A stretch of DNA of 64,000 nucleotides from the human T2T-CHM13v2.0 reference genome, Homo sapiens: NCBI RefSeq assembly GCF_009914755.1, contig NC_060926.1. The stretch is one strand, 5' to 3'. Shown here in pieces: positions 60,301 to 64,000 of the stretch. The position numbers and the translations under genes are program-made. The notes beneath the pieces were generated by a model that worked only from the letters and a program-made list of their open reading frames with translations, was not told where the DNA came from and did not search any database. Numbering within the stretch: the first letter of the stretch is position 1; every line of letters starts with the position of its first letter.

Positions 60301-60573
60301 GAACAGAAAACTAAATACCATGTGTTTTCACTTAAAAGTGGGAGCTAAACATTGAATACTCATGGACATAAAGATAGGAACAATAGACAACGGGGACTAC
60401 TAGAGGGGGTAGAGTGGGATGGGGGTGAGGGTTGATAAACTACCCTTTCGGTACTGTGCTCGCTACCTGAATGACAGGATCATTTCTATACCAAACCTCA
60501 ATGATGCACAGTTCACCCACATAACAAACCTGCACATGTACCCCGTGAACCTAAAATGAAAGCTGAAAAAAAA
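57315..60573 (+). mobile_element. 5'-truncated old L1PA (about L1PA15/16), decayed ORF2 and 3' UTR
   Basis: [39 protein letters not shown] (RT); 3' UTR ggactactagagg...aacaaacctgcacatgtacccc; short A tail. Confidence 0.93.
59136..59445 (+). mobile_element. AluJ inside L1PA
   Basis: ggattgagcccaggaatttgagacc (J-type); near-TSD tggattgaag/tggattaaag. Confidence 0.93.
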
Positions 60574-60896
60574 GGACCTATAATACATGAAATTCTGCTT
60601 CAGATTAAATTGCCATTGTAACAGTACATTTTTACCCAGAGTATTATGATGGCAAAATGGTTAATATAGATTTATTTTTAAAAACCCAAGCTCAACCGAT
60701 CAGAAGCATCCAGGTAACATATAACTAGAGACTTTCTAATGGAAAAGAACAAATAGGGCAACTGTATAAAAGTAATGGATCAAATATTGTCTTTCTCTTA
60801 CTTCTGCATTCATCTCATAAAAGCCTGACTTCATTCAGTTTTGTGCTTCCTAATTGACAATGCACGATTTGCTCAAATAAACAATTTTTTTAAAAA
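60574..60896 (+). other. Putative L1 3'-transduced segment with an LTR-like fragment and AATAAA
   Basis: Lies between the L1 A tail and the second TSD copy ttgggttcat; AATAAA at 60876-60881 followed by a short A run. Confidence 0.65.
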
Positions 60897-61727
60897 GTTT
60901 GGGTTCATAATTCATGACTGTGGGTTTGTTATGAAAGTGAATTTGGTTGTCTCTTGTTATCTCTCTCATCACGTGATACGTTCTGCCATATTATGACTCA
61001 GCAAGAAAGCTGTGACCAGATGCAGCTCCTTGATCTTGGACTTCCGAGCCTCCAGAACCATGAGCCAATAAATTTCCATCGATAATAAATTAATAATTTT
61101 CAGGTATTCTGTTATAGCAGCAAAAGATGAACTAAGACATTGCTGCTGCTTTCTTTTGGTTTCCATTTGCATAGCATATCTTTTTCCATCCTTTCACTTT
61201 CAACCTATGTGTCCTTACTGGTGAAGTGAGCCCCTTATAGGCAGCATATAGTTGTCCCTCTTTTTAAAAAATCCATTCAGCTACTTTACATCTTTTGATT
61301 GGAGAATTTAGTCCATTTACCTTCAAAGTAATTATTGATAAGAACTTACTACTACCATTTTGTTAATTATTTTATGATTGTTTTATGGATCCTTTGTTCC
61401 TTTCTTCCTCTGTCTGCTCTCTTGCTTTTTGATTAGACAGTTTTCCCTACTGGTATGCTTTAATCTTTTACTGTAAATCTTTTGTGTATCTCTTATAGTT
61501 ACCAAAATGCTTACATAAAACATCTTACAGTTACAAGAGGAGTATTACAAGCTGATAACAACTTAACCTTGATCACATTAAAACATCCAAACATTTATCA
61601 CACACATACATTTTATATTTTTGATGTCACGTTTTACATCTTTTGTTTTTTATCGTGTATACCTTAACAAACTACCATATTGTAGTAGTTTTACCTTTTA
61701 ACCTTCATACTAAAGATACAATTGATT

Positions 61728-62026
<299 letters not shown>

Positions 62027-62544
62027 AAGATATAATTGATTTGCACACCACAATTACAGTTATAGGGTACTATGAATTTGACTTTGTACTGACTTTCACC
62101 TGTGAGTTTCTCACAGATTTTTTTATCAATATGTGGTTACTCTCGGAGTGGCTATGTAGATCTTCTTTGCCATCTGGTATGCATGCAGCAAACAAACCGA
62201 AGGGATTAAATCTTACTTTCATTGAGTGTTCAGAAATATTAATGATTAGGAGAAGTCCAATAGGGACGTAACTGTGTAATGACACAATGTGAAGCAGTAA
62301 TGCTTTGTGTTAAAGAATGTGTCTGCATTGTGCCTAAATTCCTTTTGAGAATTCCTTTGACTTAAGGGAGTTATCCATTAGTTATTAGAAATTTGTGAAA
62401 TTTCTAAGCTCCACATAGAGATCACTTAAATATCCATGTATACTTACGGCGTTATGGGTGAGAAAATGATAATTTGGAAATTCACTTACATTATCTGAAC
62501 ATATGACACTTATTCTTAAATCTCCATAGTTTTGTTTTTGGTTT

Positions 62545-62868
62545 TCCTTTCCCTGGACAGCTCTTCTTCCTATTGTTTATGTACCAAACTTTTGTATGTC
62601 TTTCAATATTCAAATTGTCACCTCTTCTGTGAAGTCTTTTCTAATCTCATTTACTTTCCCTCCTGTCTCACTCCCAGATATAACTGATCATGCCTTTCTT
62701 CATGCCTCACTCTAACCTAGACCTTCTTAGCTCCTTTCTTGTCTAATTCTTTATCTGAACCCTGAGTTCTTTCAATATATAGATTACTTTCCTGCCCTCC
62801 CCCTTATAATAAATCCCAGTTTCTAACACAGAGTGTTGGCCTAACAAATATTTGTCAAATAAAAGAGA
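62545..62868 (+). mobile_element. L2 3' end
   Basis: gtcacctcttctgtgaagtctttt...taacacagagtgttggc...aaatatttgtcaaataaa. Confidence 0.7.
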
Positions 62869-63194
62869 GGCTAGTGAAATTCCATTCTTCACAGAGCTCT
62901 ATTGCCTTGTTGTTCTTGGGTCCTGATTACGTGTTCAATTCAGCAATTGCAAGAACAAAAGAATTCAATCCAACATTCTATCTCAAATCACACTCACTGA
63001 GCATTTTGTATGTTATACTTTGTCACATAGCTTAAATGAGCACAAGTAAAATGCATGCTATCTGACTCACGTATGAACTACTTTGAACTTCAGGATAAGT
63101 CTACAATGCAATGAAAATGAAAGGGATAGTTTCCTTAATTACCTCTTTTTGTGTTCAAACTGGAAGTCTGGAAATGGTAAATCTCATTTAAAAT

Positions 63195-64000
63195 GACAAT
63201 CCTGAGCAAAAACTTGAAGGTATTGAAGAAGTTAGGCATACATATCTGTGGGAAGAGCATTTCAGGAAAATGAAATGGTCAGTGTGAAGGTTTTACTGCA
63301 GAAGGTTTCAAGGAACACCAAAGAGGCCAGTGGGGCCAGCAGAGAACATAGTGAACAAGGTTGATAGTAAAGTGAAATGAGGTAAGCAAGGGAGTTGGAG
63401 GACTCAAATCATATATAGCCTTATAGGTCACTATGAGGACTTTGGCTTTTATTCTAAGGCATATGGAGAGCCCCTGAAAGGTTTTGAATAGAAGAACAGC
63501 ATATTTAAGCATATGCGCTTTTTTTTGTTTCAAAGACTCTGGTGGTTGAGTTGAGAACACAGTGCAGGTATAGAAGGGTGGAAAAAGGAGATTGCTATGG
63601 TTCTCCAGATAAGAAATGATAGTGGTTTGGATGATAGCAAAAATGGTGAGAGGTGATTGGATTCTGTACATGCTATGGGGGTATGACTTACTGATGATTT
63701 AAATTTGGGATATGAGAGAAAGAGAAGTTAAAGATGACTCCAAGGTTTTTACTTTGAGCAAACAGAAGAATGAAGTTGCCACCAGGTTAAATGGAGAAGA
63801 TTGTAAGTAGATTTAAAGTAAGAAAATCAGAAGTTCAGCTTTAGGTATGTTAAGGTTTTTTTCATGCCTTGTAGATATTTAACTGAAGATTTCAAATGAG
63901 CAATTGAATAAAGAAGTATGTAGTTCAGAAGAGAGGTCTGGGCTAGAGGTATAAGTTTGAAAGTTGTTGGCATAGAGATGGCATTAAAGGCCAGGAAAAT
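63195..64000 (-). mobile_element. L2 (L2a-like), runs off the window end
   Basis: gaggactttggcttttattctaag...aaagatgactccaaggttttt...gaatgaagttgcc...gagaggtctgggctagag. Confidence 0.88.

Larger units (their letters stand above)
57164..61139 (+). mobile_element. MSTD/MSTB-type solo LTR (57164-57314 and ~60897-61139) split by L1
   Basis: Starts tgctgtagtttgaatg; ends ctgttatagcagcaaaagatgaactaagaca. Confidence 0.88.

Overview
AT-rich, CpG-depleted primate (human-like) genomic DNA, intergenic or deep intronic. No protein-coding gene, RNA gene or CpG island can be supported; essentially all listed ORFs are chance frames or decayed transposon frames. Most of the window is transposon-derived: nine Alus, L1 fragments of many ages, L2/MIR relics, hAT and Tigger DNA transposons, solo LTRs, two MaLR proviruses, an ERVL pol fragment and a ~6.15 kb two-LTR, gag-only MER66-type provirus. 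Family names come from my recall of consensus sequences, not a database search. I found no new biological system. The most unusual structures are (1) an old L1 with an apparent ~320 bp 3' transduction ending at an LTR-like AATAAA, (2) an ERVL insertion bounded by two inverted LTR 3' ends, (3) a doubly templated inverted insertion in one MaLR LTR, and (4) three- and four-level transposon nests.
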